A stretch of DNA of 64,000 nucleotides from Octopus vulgaris (taxonomy: Eukaryota): NCBI GenBank assembly GCA_951406725.2, contig OX597837.1:7750001-7814000 (forward strand), in the 5' to 3' direction. A program made the position numbers and the translations under genes. The notes below the pieces were generated by a model. It was not told the DNA's origin. It made no database searches and saw only the letters and a list, made by a program, of their open reading frames with translations. Positions 1-14,080 of the stretch are shown here, piece by piece (positions within the stretch are counted from its first letter, which is position 1; every line of letters begins with the position of its first letter).

Positions 1-280
1 TAGTAGTGATGGTGGTGGTGGTTGTGGTAGTAGTAGTAGTAGTGATGGTGGTGGTGGTGGTAGTTGTGGTGGAGGTGGAGGTAGCTGTAGTAGTAGTGAC
101 GGTGGTGGTTGTAGTGATGGTGGCGGATGTGGTAGCTGTAGTAGTAGTGATGGTGGTGGTTGTGGTAGTGGTGGAGGTGGTGATTGTGGTGGTAGCTCTA
201 GTAGTAGTGGTGGTGGTGGTGGTACAAGAGATAGTAGTAGATGTAGTAGTAGTAGTAGTAGTATTAGCAACAGTAGCTGG
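1..280. repeat. Degenerate (GTG/GTA)n trinucleotide low-complexity tract
   Basis: Continuous GTG/GTA/GAT triplets; this is the source of the poly-Val ORF 6..329. Confidence 0.95.
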
Positions 281-518
281 TGCTAGTGTGGATGGGAGTG
301 AGGAGCGGGAGGAGGGGGTACAAGTGTGATATGTCAAAACCTCTCAACATTCACTCCCCCCCCCACACACACACTCACCCTCCCTATCTATGTCTCTCCC
401 TCTCTCTACCCCCCCCCCCATCTCCCCCCTGTCATCACCCCAGCACTGGATTATCTTCTTCCACCCACTTTACAATACACCTCCATACCAAGAGAAGATA
501 AGCAGGACTTTATAATAT

Positions 519-519
519 G

Positions 520-577
<58 letters not shown>

Positions 578-1090
578 CATACATATTTAAATACATACAT
601 ATACAAACATATACATATATCCACACACACGGACACACATACATACATACATGAATGCACATATCTAAATATATACATGGCTACATACAGGTATACAGAC
701 ACACACATATATATATACATACATATACACACCTATATACATATACACACACATATATATATACATATATACACATATATACATACACACACACATATAC
801 ATACATATATATATATATACACATACATATATACACACATATACACATACATATATATATACACACACATACACATATATATATATATACACACACATAC
901 ATATATATATATATATACAGACACATACATATATATATATATATATAGACACACATACATATATATGTGCATATATCCATATACTCATACATATACATAA
1001 ATGTATACAGATATATACCTACATTTCTACACACACATACAGATATATACAGGTATATACATACATCTATAAACACACACATATATATAT
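519..1090. repeat. Compound (CA)n/(TA)n microsatellite field
   Basis: Alternating AC/AT dinucleotides, giving Y/I/H/T-only ORFs. Similar fields occur at 2470-3400, 6350-6835, 23520-23960, 30135-30720, 33840-34320, 41220-41940, 45155-45715, 53400-53730 and 58830-59380. Confidence 0.95.
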
Positions 1091-1502
1091 GCATATAGGC
1101 TTGCGTACGTATGTGCACATATGTCAGTACATATCTATACACAGATGTGCTACGTATGCATGCAAGTGTGTATATTTGCATCTGTGCGTATGCGTGTGCA
1201 TGCGTGTGTATGTGTGTCTGTGTGTGGATGTACGGGGGAGTGTAAGTAGTTGTAGCCTGAATGGATAGATTGATGCGTACACATGCAGCTATGCAGATGA
1301 GCAGTTGCGTCACACAGACATTCACACGTATATATATATATATATATATGAACGTGTGTGTACACAACTAGCTAAATACGACGGTTGTGGTACTCACTGC
1401 GAACTGACTTGTGCTTCGACAACCCTTCTAACCCATGCTGACATGGAAAACAGACATGATAATGATGATGATGGTGGTACATGTCCATATATATATATAC
1501 AT

Positions 1503-1740
1503 GCCTACACCAGCATATATATATGCCTACACCAGCATATATATATATGCCTACACCAGCATATATATATATATGTATATACATACATACACCAGCATAT
1601 ATATATATGTATATACATACATACACCAGCATATATATATATGTATATACATACATACACCAGCATATATATATATGTATATACATACATACACCAGCAT
1701 ATATATATATGTATATATATATACATACATACACCAGCAT

Positions 1741-1745
<5 letters not shown>
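1503..1745 (+). repeat. Minisatellite with unit ACACCAGC(AT)n..., about 22-42 bp, about 8 copies
   Basis: Repeated ACACCAGCATATAT anchor separated by variable TA tracts. Confidence 0.9.
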
Positions 1746-1778
<33 letters not shown>

Positions 1779-2035
1779 GCACAGCATACATAAAACCTAC
1801 ACGCAAATGTGGACATGTGTACCTAGACACATATGTAGGCAGACAAGTAGTGAAATAGAAGGGAGAGAAGGGGGAGAGAGGGAAAGAAAAGAGAGAAAGG
1901 GGGAAGAGAGAGGGGAGAGAAAGAGAGAAAGGGGAAAGAGAGAGGGGAGAAAGAGAGAGAGAGACAGACAGACAGACATTGGGAAAGAGATAGAGAGATA
2001 TATATAGTCAGAGATACAGACAAATAGACAGATCT

Positions 2036-2110
<75 letters not shown>

Positions 2111-2310
2111 GTAGAGAACATAAAGAGGCACATACAGAAAGATAGACAGACAGACAGACTTAACACACAAATAGTCACAGATAGGAGAGACAAGAAGACA
2201 TACAGCTAAAACGACACACAGACAGACAAGTAAACAGTTAGATAGATATTAGTGGAATTTTGAAGAGTTGAATCAAATAAATTTGTTTAAGACTTGGAAG
2301 AAGATTAAAG

Positions 2311-2345
<35 letters not shown>

Positions 2346-2520
2346 CACACACACACACACAGAGGAGACCTACCACCTCTGTCAGCCATTAGCAGAGATA
2401 AAATGAATTAGCTGATGTCTTCCTTTTCATCACATACGCATACTACGGATTCATATACACACAGAAGTACGTATATATATATATACACACATATATATAG
2501 CACAACATACACACACATTC

Positions 2521-2565
<45 letters not shown>

Positions 2566-2592
2566 TATACATACACACACATATATATATAT

Positions 2593-2623
<31 letters not shown>

Positions 2624-2636
2624 CATACACATATAT

Positions 2637-2690
<54 letters not shown>

Positions 2691-2965
2691 ATATACATAT
2701 ACACACACACATATATATATATATACACACACATATACATATACACACACATATATATACATATACACACATATATATATATATATATATATACATACAC
2801 ATATATATACATATACATATATATACAACATATATATATATATACACACACACATATATATACATATACATATATATATACATATACATATATATACATA
2901 TACACATATATATATATATATACATACACACACATATACATATACACACACACATATACATATAC

Positions 2966-3000
<35 letters not shown>

Positions 3001-3115
3001 CATACACATATATATACATATACACACACATATATATATATATATATATACATACACATATATATACATATACACACATATATATATATATATATATACA
3101 TACACATATATATAC

Positions 3116-3156
<41 letters not shown>

Positions 3157-3347
3157 GCACAACATACACACACATCAACACAGACCTTCCCCTATCTGTG
3201 TGTGTGTATGTATATATATATATATATATATTTATATATACACACACATATGTTCAACCACCACATACACATCTCACATATTTATATCAGTAAGGGATAT
3301 ATACATATATACACACATATAGATATGTGGATATACCACAAAACATC

Positions 3348-3378
<31 letters not shown>

Positions 3379-3819
3379 ACACACACATACATACACATGG
3401 CACCACATACCACTTTCATTGTTCACCTGTTCTGTCTTCAAATCAAGGTCAACTGTCATTCTTCTCTTCTCTTCTCTTCTCTTCTCTTCCAGCCTTGCCA
3501 AGCTTCTTCCTCTTCTTCTCCTCCTCCTTCTTCTCCTCTTCCTTCTTCTCTTTCATTAAGTCTCCATTATTTATTTCAGTCAGGCTTCCTGCTTTTTATT
3601 TTTGTTGTTGTTGTTGCTTATCTCCAGGTCAGACCTGATTCAACACATCTTTAATCAAAAGGTATTCCAATCATGACCATCCAATTTATTCATCTCTCTC
3701 TATCTCTCTCTCTTACACAAAGCATGTTGTTGTTGTTGTTAAGCAACAAGCCGGGTAACAGTGATTAGGTGATGGTCTAGGGCATTTATGTGTGTGTGTG
3801 TGTATGTATATATATATAT

Positions 3820-4210
3820 CTTTTACTTGTTTCAGTCCTTTGACTGTGGCCATGCTGGAGCACCGCCTTTAGTCGAGCAAATCGACCCCGGGACTTATTC
3901 TTTTGTAAGCCCAGTACTTATTCTATCGGTCTCTTTTGCCGAACCACTAAGATAACGGGGACGTAAACACACCAGCATCGGTTGTCAAGCAATGCTAGGG
4001 GGACAAACACAGACACACAAACATATACACACACATATATATATATATACATATATACGACAGGCTTCTTTCAGTTTCCGTCTACCAAATCCACTCACAA
4101 GGCATTGGTCGGCCCGGGGCTATAGCAGAAGACACTTGCCCAAGATGCCACGCAGTGGGACTGAACCCGGAACCATGTGGTTGGTTAGCAAGCTACTTAC
4201 CACACAGCCA
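3820..4210 (-). mobile_element. tRNA-derived SINE, family A (near full length)
   Basis: The minus strand reads TGGCTGTGTGG (A box) ... GGTTCAGTCCC (B box) ... TTGGGCAAGTGTC, then an internal (TA)(TG) microsatellite and the 3' end ACTGAAACAAGTAAAAGA. About 20 copies lie in the window. Resembles described octopus tRNA-derived SINEs (from memory, not searched). Confidence 0.9.
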
Positions 4211-5014
4211 TATATATATTCATGCATACGTGTGTGTTAAGCAAAATACAAGAGCTGTTCACAGTTAATATCAGGATGCCAGTCAAAGACAGGAAAGTTT
4301 ATAAAGTAGAAGTATAACATTTTGGACATAATTCTTCATTGAATACCAAAAGAAATTCCAGAAGAGATTGGAAATTTTAAGAAAGAACAAAAAGTCTGTG
4401 TGTCTGTGCGTATAATGTCGAAGAGGGAATTTCAAACCAGGCAGATACCTTACAAGTACTCTAGTACAATCCAGGTTCTGGTTAACCACGTTGAATGATA
4501 TGGAATAACAGGAGGCAATTAAATGCCACATGTTAGGATATCAATGCAGTAGAAAGAAACATGTAGCAGACTGAGACTCGAAGTGAATGTAAAGTTCTGA
4601 GAATGTAAAATTCTTCATTTTTATTTTTAATGTCATGTATGAGAAAAAGAACATGGACATAATTTGGTGACCTTTATTCTAGTTGTTACATACGTTGCAA
4701 GACACCCATAATGTGTGTGTGTGTGTGTAAATACATGATTGGGTTCTCTTAGTTTCTGTCTACCAAATCCGCTCACAAGGTTTTTGGCAAGCCCAAGGCT
4801 TTGTGGAAGATGCATGCTGAAGGTGCCATGCAGTGGGACTGAACCCGGAACCATGTGGTTGAGAGCAAAGCTTCTTACGAAACACCCACAACCATGCTTG
4901 ATGATGAAGTCGATGGTGATGATGGTGATGATGACGACGATAGCGACGAAGGCGATAATTATTATGATGACGATGATGAAGATGAGGCAGAGGAGGAGAG
5001 ACAGAATATTTAAT

Positions 5015-5248
5015 TAAGGTGATGAGCTGGCAGAATTGTTAGCATGCCAGACGAAATGCTTAGCGGTATTTCACCCATCGCTACGTTCTGAGTTCAAATT
5101 CCGCCGAGGTCGACTTTGCCTTTCATCCTTTCGGGGTCGATAAATTAAGTACCAGTTATGCACTGGGATTGATCTAATCGACTTAATCCCATTGTCTGTC
5201 CTTGTTTGTCCCCTTTATGTTTAGCCCCTTGTGGGTAGTAAAGAAATA
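5015..5248 (+). mobile_element. tRNA-derived SINE, family B, with 12-bp TSD
   Basis: A box TGGCAGAATTG, B box GAGTTCAAATTCC, central GCCTTTCATCCTTTCGGGGTCGATAAATTAAGTACC domain; flanked by the direct repeat AGAATATTTAAT at 5003-5014 and 5249-5260. Confidence 0.9.
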
Positions 5249-5272
5249 AGAATATTTAATGTGTGCAGGATC

Positions 5273-5643
5273 TAGAGCTGTGGAGTCATGGAGTCGGAGT
5301 TGGAATCAATTAAGAGGTAGCTGGAGTCAGAGCCGGAGTCGGTAAAACTATACTGACTCCGACTCACAATGTCTTTATTCTTTAATATAAACCATTAATG
5401 ACATATAGGCTGACTCATAGTATAAGCGTATGTATATGCTTTATGAGATATGTAGACCACAATCACTTGATTACATAAAGAGGAGTCAGAGTCGAAGGTG
5501 CCAACAGCAGAGGAGTCAGAGTCGAAGGTGCCAACAGCAGAGGAGTCAGAGTCGAAGGTGCCAACAGCAGAGGAGTCAGAGTCGGAGGTGCCAATAGGAG
5601 AGGAGTCGGACTCAAAGTGTTTTGTTTTGACTCCACAGTCCTG
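5273..5643. mobile_element. hAT-type MITE
   Basis: Imperfect TIRs TAGAGCTGTGGAGTC / GACTCCACAGTCCTG; exact 8-bp TSD GCAGGATC at 5265-5272 and 5644-5651; subterminal GGAGTC motifs. Confidence 0.88.
5481..5610 (+). repeat. 30-bp tandem repeat inside the hAT MITE
   Basis: AGGAGTCAGAGTCGAAGGTGCCAACAGCAG three times exactly, plus one variant and a partial copy; explains the ORF 5498..5731. Confidence 0.95.
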
Positions 5644-5681
5644 GCAGGATCAAATTACATCATCTCAGATTAACTTCCTAC

Positions 5682-5807
5682 TTCTTCAATTATTCCAGCC
5701 AATCTATAAAACAGCTGCCACCAGGTATTGAACCTGTGCTCCTGGGTGCCGCCAAGACTACAGACTGTGGGAATTTGCCACCTGCTCTGTAAAGCAAACC
5801 TGTCCAT
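5682..5807 (-). CDS. Candidate internal coding exon (126 nt, MDRFALQSRWQIPTVCSLGGTQEHRFNTWWQLFYRLAGIIEE), product unknown
   Basis: Island of complex sequence; on the minus strand acceptor ctctctcgcag| and donor GAA|gtagga; open in phase 0-0. No homology recognised. Confidence 0.3.
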
Positions 5808-6353
5808 CTGCGAGAGAGTGTGTATGTATGTGAATGAGAGAGTGTGTACATGGCTGGAAGTATTATGTGTGCGAACAAATATCTGTGTGTGTGTATGTAA
5901 ATATGTAGGTATATGCCTGTATGCAAGCGTGTGTCTGTATATGTATACATATGTATGCCTGCTTGTATGTGTAAGTATGTCTGCATGTGTGTGTATGTAT
6001 GTCTGTGTGTGTATGTGCACATGTATATATATGTATGTATGTCTATATGCATGTGTATGTATGTCTGTATGTGTAAATTTGTATCAGTAAGCATAAATAA
6101 TTGTGAAGTATGGTTGTGTATGACTATGTGTGCATGAGTGTGTGTGTGTGTGTGCGTGTGTGTGTGTGATTAATGGAGAATTTGAAAATATTTTCATTGA
6201 AAATCGTGGAAAATGTTTACAAAAACTTGACATATATTAAAGGTGAGTTAAATGTTACCTTGTCTGGACAGGTACTTAAGTAGGTGAATGTGCAGTGATG
6301 ATGTGGTGTGATGTAGCTTGGGGTATGAGGTATTGCTGTATGATGTGTGCGTG

Positions 6354-6394
<41 letters not shown>

Positions 6395-6444
6395 GCACAC
6401 ACACACATATATATATATATATATACACACATGCACACACACAC

Positions 6445-6599
<155 letters not shown>

Positions 6600-6797
6600 C
6601 ATGCACAGACACACACATACAAACACAAATATATACACTTGCATATATATATATATATATATACACACAAGCACATGCATATATGCAGTTATACACATAT
6701 ATACACACTCAAGGATATATGCATATACACACACATACATATGTGCACAACCCTCTCTCTTACTCAGTCTCTTTCTTTCTTTGTGTGTGTGTGTGTA

Positions 6798-6836
<39 letters not shown>

Positions 6837-7027
6837 AGTGAGAGAGACAGACAGAAACAGAGAGAAAGCATGAGTTAGTGAGGTGCTAGTATGGCTGAGT
6901 GGAAACAGGCATCCCTTCATAACCACATGGTCCAGAGTTCAATCTCACCATGTAGCCACCTTGTGCCAATCAATACCTCGTGAATGGAATTAGCAGACAC
7001 TAATTGCATAAAAGACCATCATAGACA

Positions 7028-7238
7028 ATGAAGTCCCGAAAAATTCCTGGTTTTTTGGTAAAAGAAAATACAAAAGGATCCTTTAATTATGATTTTATTC
7101 AACACATTCCCCTCTCAGATTCACACACTTCTTGCAGCAACCCTTCAGTTTTCTGAACCCTGTAAAAGAACTTGGAAGGTTGGGCCCTCCAACCAGACCT
7201 TTCACGATACCCTTAAAGCCAGGAACTTTTCAGCATCT
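7028..7238. mobile_element. Tc1/mariner-like MITE
   Basis: Imperfect inverted ends GAAAAATTCCTGG ... CCAGGAACTTTTCAGC; a related end occurs at 17535-17562. Confidence 0.55.
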
Positions 7239-7633
7239 CTTTTACTCTTTTACTTGTTTCAGTCATTTGACTGCGGCCATGCTGGAGCACCGCCTTTTTG
7301 GTCGAGCAAATCGATCCCAGGACTTATTCTTTGTAAGCCCAGTACTATCGGTCTCTTTTGCTGAACCACTAAGTGACGGGGACATAAACATACCAGCATC
7401 GGTTATCAAGCAATGCTAGGGGGACAAACACACTCACACAAACACACACACGCATATATATATATTTACATATATACGACGGGCTTCTTTCAGTTTCCGT
7501 CTACCAAATCCACTCACAAGGCTTTGGTCGGCCCGAGGCTATAGTAGAAGACACTTGCCCAAGATGCCACGCAGTGGGACTGAACCCGGAACCATGTGGT
7601 TGGTAAACAAGCTACTTACCACACAGCCACTCC
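7238..7633 (-). mobile_element. SINE family A copy
   Basis: Collinear with 3820-4210. Confidence 0.9.
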
Positions 7634-7717
7634 TAACAAAACTATGTAAATATTTACATATTTACACTCATGCTTTGTCTGTCTGTCTGTGTGTCTCTCT
7701 CCATACACACACCCATA

Positions 7718-8103
7718 TCTATTATATAAAATCCGTTTTGTCAATCAGTGTGTGTGTCTTCTAGGATTTCGGGCATCCTCCTTCCGATTGCGCTCAAATT
7801 TGATATGTAGATACCGACGGTATCAAGACATGTATAAGTCTTGAAAAAATTATAAAAATCAATTCCAGGCGAGAATGCAAATGATAAAGCCGTGGGAACG
7901 TGCATTTGTATGCGCAATTACATCAGCTGTTGCGATCGATACTACACGTATGCGAGAAAAATGCACAGTGTCTCAAATTTAGGTTAAAGTAGTGTTTCTT
8001 AAAGGGGAGGACTATGGGACGGTCGGACAAGTTGTTTTGAGAAAATTTGGTTTAAATGTTTGACAACTCAGCACCGTCCACTGGACGGGGACCATTTTGC
8101 TTG
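7718..8103 (+). mobile_element. Non-autonomous Helitron
   Basis: 5' A|TCTATTATATAAAA; subterminal hairpin CCGTCCA-C-TGGACGG (8074-8088); end CTTG|T (one mismatch from CTRR); sits between A and T with no TSD. Confidence 0.75.
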
Positions 8104-8375
8104 TATATATATATATGTATAGTTGCTATTGTGTTAAACTGTCGTATGTCCAAATTAGGCCAAATGTGTTTTTGGTCAATATTTGCTTTTGCTTGCAACA
8201 GCCGGTTCTTTTGGTCAGACCATCGTCTCTCCAGCTGCTTCAGATGCCAACATATCAAAAACTGTCAAAGTGTCGTACAAGGGTTTTGCTATGGAATGGT
8301 GAAGGTATTTTTTTGTTTTCTGAAAAAGCAACGTCTTCGACTTATGACGTTTTTGCATAATGGCAACGATATATA

Positions 8376-8731
8376 TGGCTGTGTGGTAAGTAGCTTGCTT
8401 ACCAACCATGTGGTTCTAGGTTCAGTCCCACTGCGTGGCACCTTGGGCAAGTGTCTCTACTATAGTCTCGGGCCGACCAAAGCCTTGTGAGTGAATCTGG
8501 TAGACAGAAACTGAAAGAAGCCTGTTGTGTGTGTGTGTGTTTGTCCCCCCAACACCACTTGACAACCAATGGTGGTGTATTTAAGTACCCATAACTTAGC
8601 AGTTAGGCAAAAGAGACCGATAGAATAAGTACCAGGCTTACAAAGAATAAGTCCTGGGGTTGATTTGCCCAATTAAAAGTGGTGCTCCAGCATGGCCAGT
8701 CAAATGACTGAAACAAGTAAAAGAGTAAAAG
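8376..8731 (+). mobile_element. SINE family A copy
   Basis: TGGCTGTGTGGTAAG ... GGTTCAGTCCC ... 3' AAACAAGTAAAAGAGTAAAAG. Confidence 0.9.
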
Positions 8732-8760
8732 TATATATATGTATGTGTGTGTGTGCGTGC

Positions 8761-8798
<38 letters not shown>

Positions 8799-8801
<3 letters not shown>

Positions 8802-9375
8802 GATGAGGTCAGCTGTATAAAGAAGTGCCGATCTCTAACTGTGGAGGGAAAATGTGGTAGAGGTAGACCCAGGAAGACATGGGACGAGATGGTGAAGCAT
8901 GATCTTCAAAATTAGGCATTTGTGATTGGCATTTGTGCCAGTGGAACATTAAAAGCACATCCAAGCACGATCGTTGTTAAGGCCATGGATTGGCTCCCAT
9001 GCCGGTGGCACATGAAAAGTGCCATTCAAGCGTGATCATTGCCAGTATCACCTTACTAGCACATGCTGGTGGCACGTGAAAAACAACATTTGAGCATGGT
9101 CATTGCCAGTGCTGCCAGATTGGCTCCTGTGCAGGTAGCATATAAAAAAAACACCTTTTGAGTGTGGTCATTGCTAGAATCGCCTGACTGGCTCCCATGC
9201 CGGTGTCACGTAAAAGCAACCACTAAAATCTCGGAGTGGTTGGCGTTAGGAAGGGCATCCAGTTATAGAAACCCTGCCAGATCAGACTGGCCTGGTGCAG
9301 CCTCTGGCTCACCAGTCCTCGGTCAAACGGTCCAACCCATGCCAGCATGGAAAGTGGATGATGATGATGATGATG

Positions 9376-9378
<3 letters not shown>
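8799..9378 (+). mobile_element. RTE-type LINE 3' remnant (end of ORF, 3' UTR with internal repeats, (GAT)n tail)
   Basis: 8799-8913 translates VDEVSCIKKCRSLTVEGKCGRGRPRKTWDEMVKHDLQN, containing the GRPxxxW motif of RTE C-termini; it is followed by roughly 60-70 bp internal repeats, TTGGCGTTAGGAAGGGCATCCAG and a GATGATGAT tail. Confidence 0.8.
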
Positions 9379-9429
<51 letters not shown>

Positions 9430-10154
9430 GAATTGTCGGTGTAACCATGATATTCTGGTGATCTGATGTGCAAGCTTTCTCTTTTTTGCACTGATTTGTG
9501 AATTTACAGTTGCATTGCATAATGCACAACATGCACATTAACGCAAACATATAAACATAATTTATGTCCACATCGAAATTATTACTACACGAATAAGACT
9601 GCGAAACAGCTGTAACCTTAAGGATGTCAAGCTCTTAAATAAATATTTTCATCTCTCATATCTCCTGACTTTTTATGGTTTATATACTCCTCCACTTTGT
9701 CTAATTATTTTATGATGTTTGTTGTATCGTTAGCCCTCTGAATACCAACATGTTTAAGACCGCCTCTGGTTCTATGATTTAAATTTAAATTTTCCATTAA
9801 AATGTCAGGTTAATTAACGTTTCAAAAAACCATATTATTAATGTTAAAATTATTTTCTTGAAGTTTTCATTATTTTCAAAATTAATTGAAACAAAGAGAG
9901 AGAGTATTTTTAACGGATATAAAGTAACGAAAGGGTTAATTACTTAATTCTTCATTTAGAATTAGTTATTTCTTTGAGCATGGAACTGGCAGAATCACTA
10001 TATTGTTAGGGAATATGGCGGCAGAATTATGTACATCTCTGTAGGTTCTGAGTTCGAATTCCACTGAGGTCAAACTTGTCTTTCATCCTTTTGTGGGGTC
10101 TAAGAAACTTAAATACTAGGCAAGCATTGACTCCGCACAAAGAATTCAGTGCGC

Positions 10155-10562
10155 TTTCACTCCTTTACTTGTTTCTGTCATTTGACTGTGGCCACGCTGG
10201 AGCACCGCCTTTAGTCGAGCAAATCGACCCCAGGACTTATTCTTTGTAAGCCTAGTACTTATTCTATCGGCCTCTCTTCCCGAACCGCTAACTTATGGGG
10301 ATGTAAACACACCAGCATCGGTTGTCAAGCAATGTTGGTGGGGGACAACACAGACACACAAACATATACATACACACACATACATATATATATACATATA
10401 TATGACGGGCTTCTTTCAGTTTCCATCTACCAAATCCACTCACAAGGCTTTGGTTGGCTCGAGGTTATAGTAGAAGACACTTATCCAAGGTGCCACGCAG
10501 TGGGACTGAACCCGGAACCATGTGGTTCATAAGCAAGCTACTTACCACACAGCCACTCCTAT
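10155..10562 (-). mobile_element. SINE family A copy
   Basis: Collinear with the other family A copies. Confidence 0.9.
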
Positions 10563-10726
10563 GCTACTCCTAGAGTTCCGTTCCCTTGGGACCAAATTCT
10601 TACCCTTGTTCATCATCATCTTCATCATCAAATGAATGTCATGTGTAATGACACTAATGCTTATTAGCAACCATCACATCATATCAAACTAATGGTATAT
10701 GTATGTGTGTGTGTGTAAATATATAT

Positions 10727-10850
10727 CCCGAAGAAGAGCTTTGTTCTAAACGTAAAATGCTCTTTCCTTTTCTTTCCTGGGTGTCTGGTGTACTTGTACC
10801 ATGTCCTCACATTGTTGTTTTTTCCTTGTTTGTTTTTCTTTGTTTGGATT

Positions 10851-10890
<40 letters not shown>

Positions 10891-11028
10891 TCTCCCTGTT
10901 TATTTCTGTGTTCCTTTCTGTTGAAGAGTGTAGGCCCAAAACATAAAAAGCTTTCTCACTTCCCAAGCGTTAAACTAATACATGTTTGTTGTTTACACAC
11001 CCGTCTTCATCTTTTGTAAATTCTCACT
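10727..11028 (+). mobile_element. Two adjacent short elements with decayed hammerhead motifs, separated by (TA)n
   Basis: CCGAAGA-A-GAGC-TTT-GTTC-TAAAC-GTA (about 10728-10754; body related to 38797-39000) and CTTT-CTGTTGA-A-GAGT-GTAG-GCCC-AAAAC-ATA-AAAAG (about 10914-10950; related to 48352-48505). Confidence 0.55.
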
Positions 11029-11031
11029 ATA

Positions 11032-11099
<68 letters not shown>

Positions 11100-11880
11100 T
11101 ATATGTACATACACACACTCAGCAATGGACTAGCCTTTGTTTTTCATTTTTACTTTTTTTTCCCCCTTTTTAATTGCCTAATTCTGAAATATAAAAATAA
11201 ATATATGTCTAAGTCCAGTGAGGAATCTAGCAGTGATCTATGTTGGTGACGATTATACAGAAGAGTTTGTGAATTCGGTGAAGTCTATTGCTTGCAGGTG
11301 GGGAAACAAGGTTACTGACATTTCGAGCATTAACCTTTCATCTTAGCGATGCAGGGAAAATCAAGATGAAGAGGAGGGAGAGGAAAAGGAGAAAATAAAA
11401 CAGAGGAGGAAGAGAGAGAGAGGGGGAAACAAAAGATCAAGATTTTCTTAATAAAATAAAACCTCATCCAAATTTATGAACTTCACTAAGTCAATTACCA
11501 ACTAATTAATATCATTAAAGTTTGCTCTAACATAATAAACTTTTGTTTAATTATCCTTGTTAAACTTGTTTCGTTTTGTTTTATTTTGTTTAATTCTTTT
11601 ACTTTAAAAAAAAATGTATTCATAACGAGAGTTGATTTAATTGTTGTCTTAAACTATGTCAGAGCTTTTACGTTTGTTCTCACTGTTGGTTAGTTCCCGG
11701 TCAGATTTGATCCTGTTGACCTATCATTGAAAATATCCAAGCCATGACCATCCCGTCTAATTTTAGACATAGTGTATCTCGAACTACACTGATTAATGTG
11801 TCTGTAACGGGGAAAATTAATTTGGTAATTATGAAAGAGACTAAAGAAATTAAAAAGTAGTCTGTTGCTCAAGTTCAACA

Positions 11881-12385
11881 TAGGCACAGGAGTAGCTGTG
11901 AGATAAGAACCTTGCTTACCAACCACATGGTTCTGGGTTCAGTCCTATTGCATGGCACCTTGGGCAAGTGTCTTTTACTATAGCCTCAAGCTGACCAAAG
12001 CCTTGCGAGTGGATTTGGTAGACGGAAACTGAAAGAAGCCCATTGTATATCATCATCATCGGTTAACGTCCGCTTTCCATGCTAGGATGGGTTGGATGAT
12101 TTTGACTGAGGACTGGCAAACCAGATGGCTGCACCAGGCTCCAATCTTGATCTGGCTGAGTTTCTACAGCTGGATGCCCTTCCTAACGCCAACCACTCTG
12201 AGAGTATATATATATGTATATGTGTGTCTGTGTTTCTCCCTTCCCCCACCATCGCTTGACAACCATCCCCGTAACTAAGTGGTTCAACAAAAGAGACTGA
12301 TATAGAATAAGTACCAGCATGGCTACAGTAAGTACCAGCAGCCCCAGTATGGCCACAGTCTAATGACTAGAAAAGGTAAAAGATA
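11881..12385 (+). mobile_element. SINE family A interrupted by a minus-strand RTE tail (12050-12205)
   Basis: SINE 5' half runs to about 12047, then an RTE 3' fragment starting with (CAT)n, then the SINE 3' half. Confidence 0.75.
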
Positions 12386-13218
12386 TCAGATTTGTTTCAT
12401 GCTTAATAACTGAAAATGAATATTACGCACTGCATTCAGACTCACTTGTGTGTCATGAAGCACTGCATTCAGACTCACTTGAATATTGCACTCACACACT
12501 GAGACAATCTTCTACTTTATTATTCAGATGCATTTGAATACACATGCATTTTGGTACTGAATCATATTCAGGTCACATGACCATGCACATGCATTCACAT
12601 ACACCTCACATTCTCTCTCCTGGTACCTATAATGCATATTCCTGGCCCTGCACTGCATCCACTTTCCAATGTACACTTTCCCTCCTGTTTACTGTTTCAC
12701 CATTACTATTCTGCTTCTTATGTATGTCAGTCATCTCCTACTCTCTATTCCATCACACTCTGGCCTTTACTCAATCACTCACACCCTCCCATCTAAAATG
12801 CAAATATTCATACAACTCCTCTACAACAAGAAACCTGTTCTGCTGTGTTCTGGTCCTTTCTCCTATAATTTTACTGATCATTTGCCTCATTACTTAAGAG
12901 AAATTTGTTTCCCACAACCAGTCAGAGTTTGTAATCTTACAATCTGCAAAACAGCCTCAGTAATTCTGGTGGTATGGAAGAAAGCACACAGTAAACATTG
13001 CAGAGAGGTTGGCATTAAGAAGGGCATTGGGTCACAGAAACCATGCCCCCCCAAAAAACACTGGAGCACAATGCAATCCCTGGGCCCATTAGATCCTGTA
13101 AATTGCTGAATCCGTGCCAACATGGAACACAGATGTTAAATGATGAAGATGACATTGAATCCCACATCAGTGTCCTCACTTTCGTTGCTCAAGTGCCATT
13201 CCTCTACAGACCATATCG

Positions 13219-13532
13219 AACAGAATCAGTAGAACATAACATAAAAATAAACTATCGTTAAAAGCACATCGAGCATGATCATTGCTGGGGCCACAGATTG
13301 GCTCCCATGCCAGTGGTATGTGAAAAGCACCATTTGAGTGTGATTGTTGCCCTAACGGCACATGTGCCCATGGCACCTGAAAAACAACATTCAAGCGTGG
13401 TCGTTGCCAGTACCACTGGACTGGCTCCTGTGCAGGTAGCATGTAAAAAACACCTTTTGAGCATGGTCGTTGCCAGAACCACCTGACTGGCCCTCATGCT
13501 GGTGTCATGTAAAAGCACCCATTACACTCTCA
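13219..13532 (+). mobile_element. RTE 3'-UTR fragment with internal tandem repeats (local duplicate of 14081-14490)
   Basis: Repeated AAAAGCACCATTxGAGCGTGGTCGTTGCCAG units; shares the upstream flank AACAGAATCAGTAGAACATAACAT with 14081. Confidence 0.75.
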
Positions 13533-14080
13533 AAGCCTCGTGAGTGGATTTAATAGGTGAAGCTGAAAGAAGCTCTTGTATGTGGGTGGCTGTTTGTCCC
13601 CCACCACTGGTGTTGGTGTGTTTATGTCCCCATAAACTAGCAGTTCAGCAAAAGGGACTGATGGAATAAGTAACAGGCTTCAAGGAAAAAGACCAAAAAA
13701 CTCAGAGTTGATTCATTTTACTAAAATTTTTCAAGGTGGTGCCACAGTATGGCCACACTCCAATGACAAAAATAAAAGATGCGTGTGTGTGTGTGTGTGT
13801 ATACACATACACCTCCCCCCACACACACTAAATACATTCACATCATGTATGTGCGTGCATGTGGTGTGTGTGTGTGTGTGTGGAAAACATTGTTAATTAG
13901 GATTAAAATTAATAAATACAAAAGTTATTTTGTGCATTTTAATTTAATTATCTCTAATGAAATTCAGATTTTTTTTCCTTTATTTTTTTTTTGTTTACAG
14001 AATTTTAAACTAATTAACATACTCATTACTGTATGTCATTTAAAATAAAAGGAATCCACTTTCTTCGGAAAGCAGGTATC

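Noticed and set aside
326-3293. Long ORFs of 200-290 aa rich in Y/I/H/T or C/V/M (and equivalents across the window)
   Set aside because: They are translations of (TA)n/(CA)n microsatellites, open in several frames on both strands.
5498-5731. ORF with PTAEESESKV repeats
   Set aside because: It lies in the 30-bp tandem repeat inside a hAT MITE that has TIRs and an 8-bp TSD.
8201-8304. Plus-strand exon-like segment (acag| … AAG|gtattt)
   Set aside because: No recognisable product or compatible neighbouring exon; it sits between a Helitron and a SINE.
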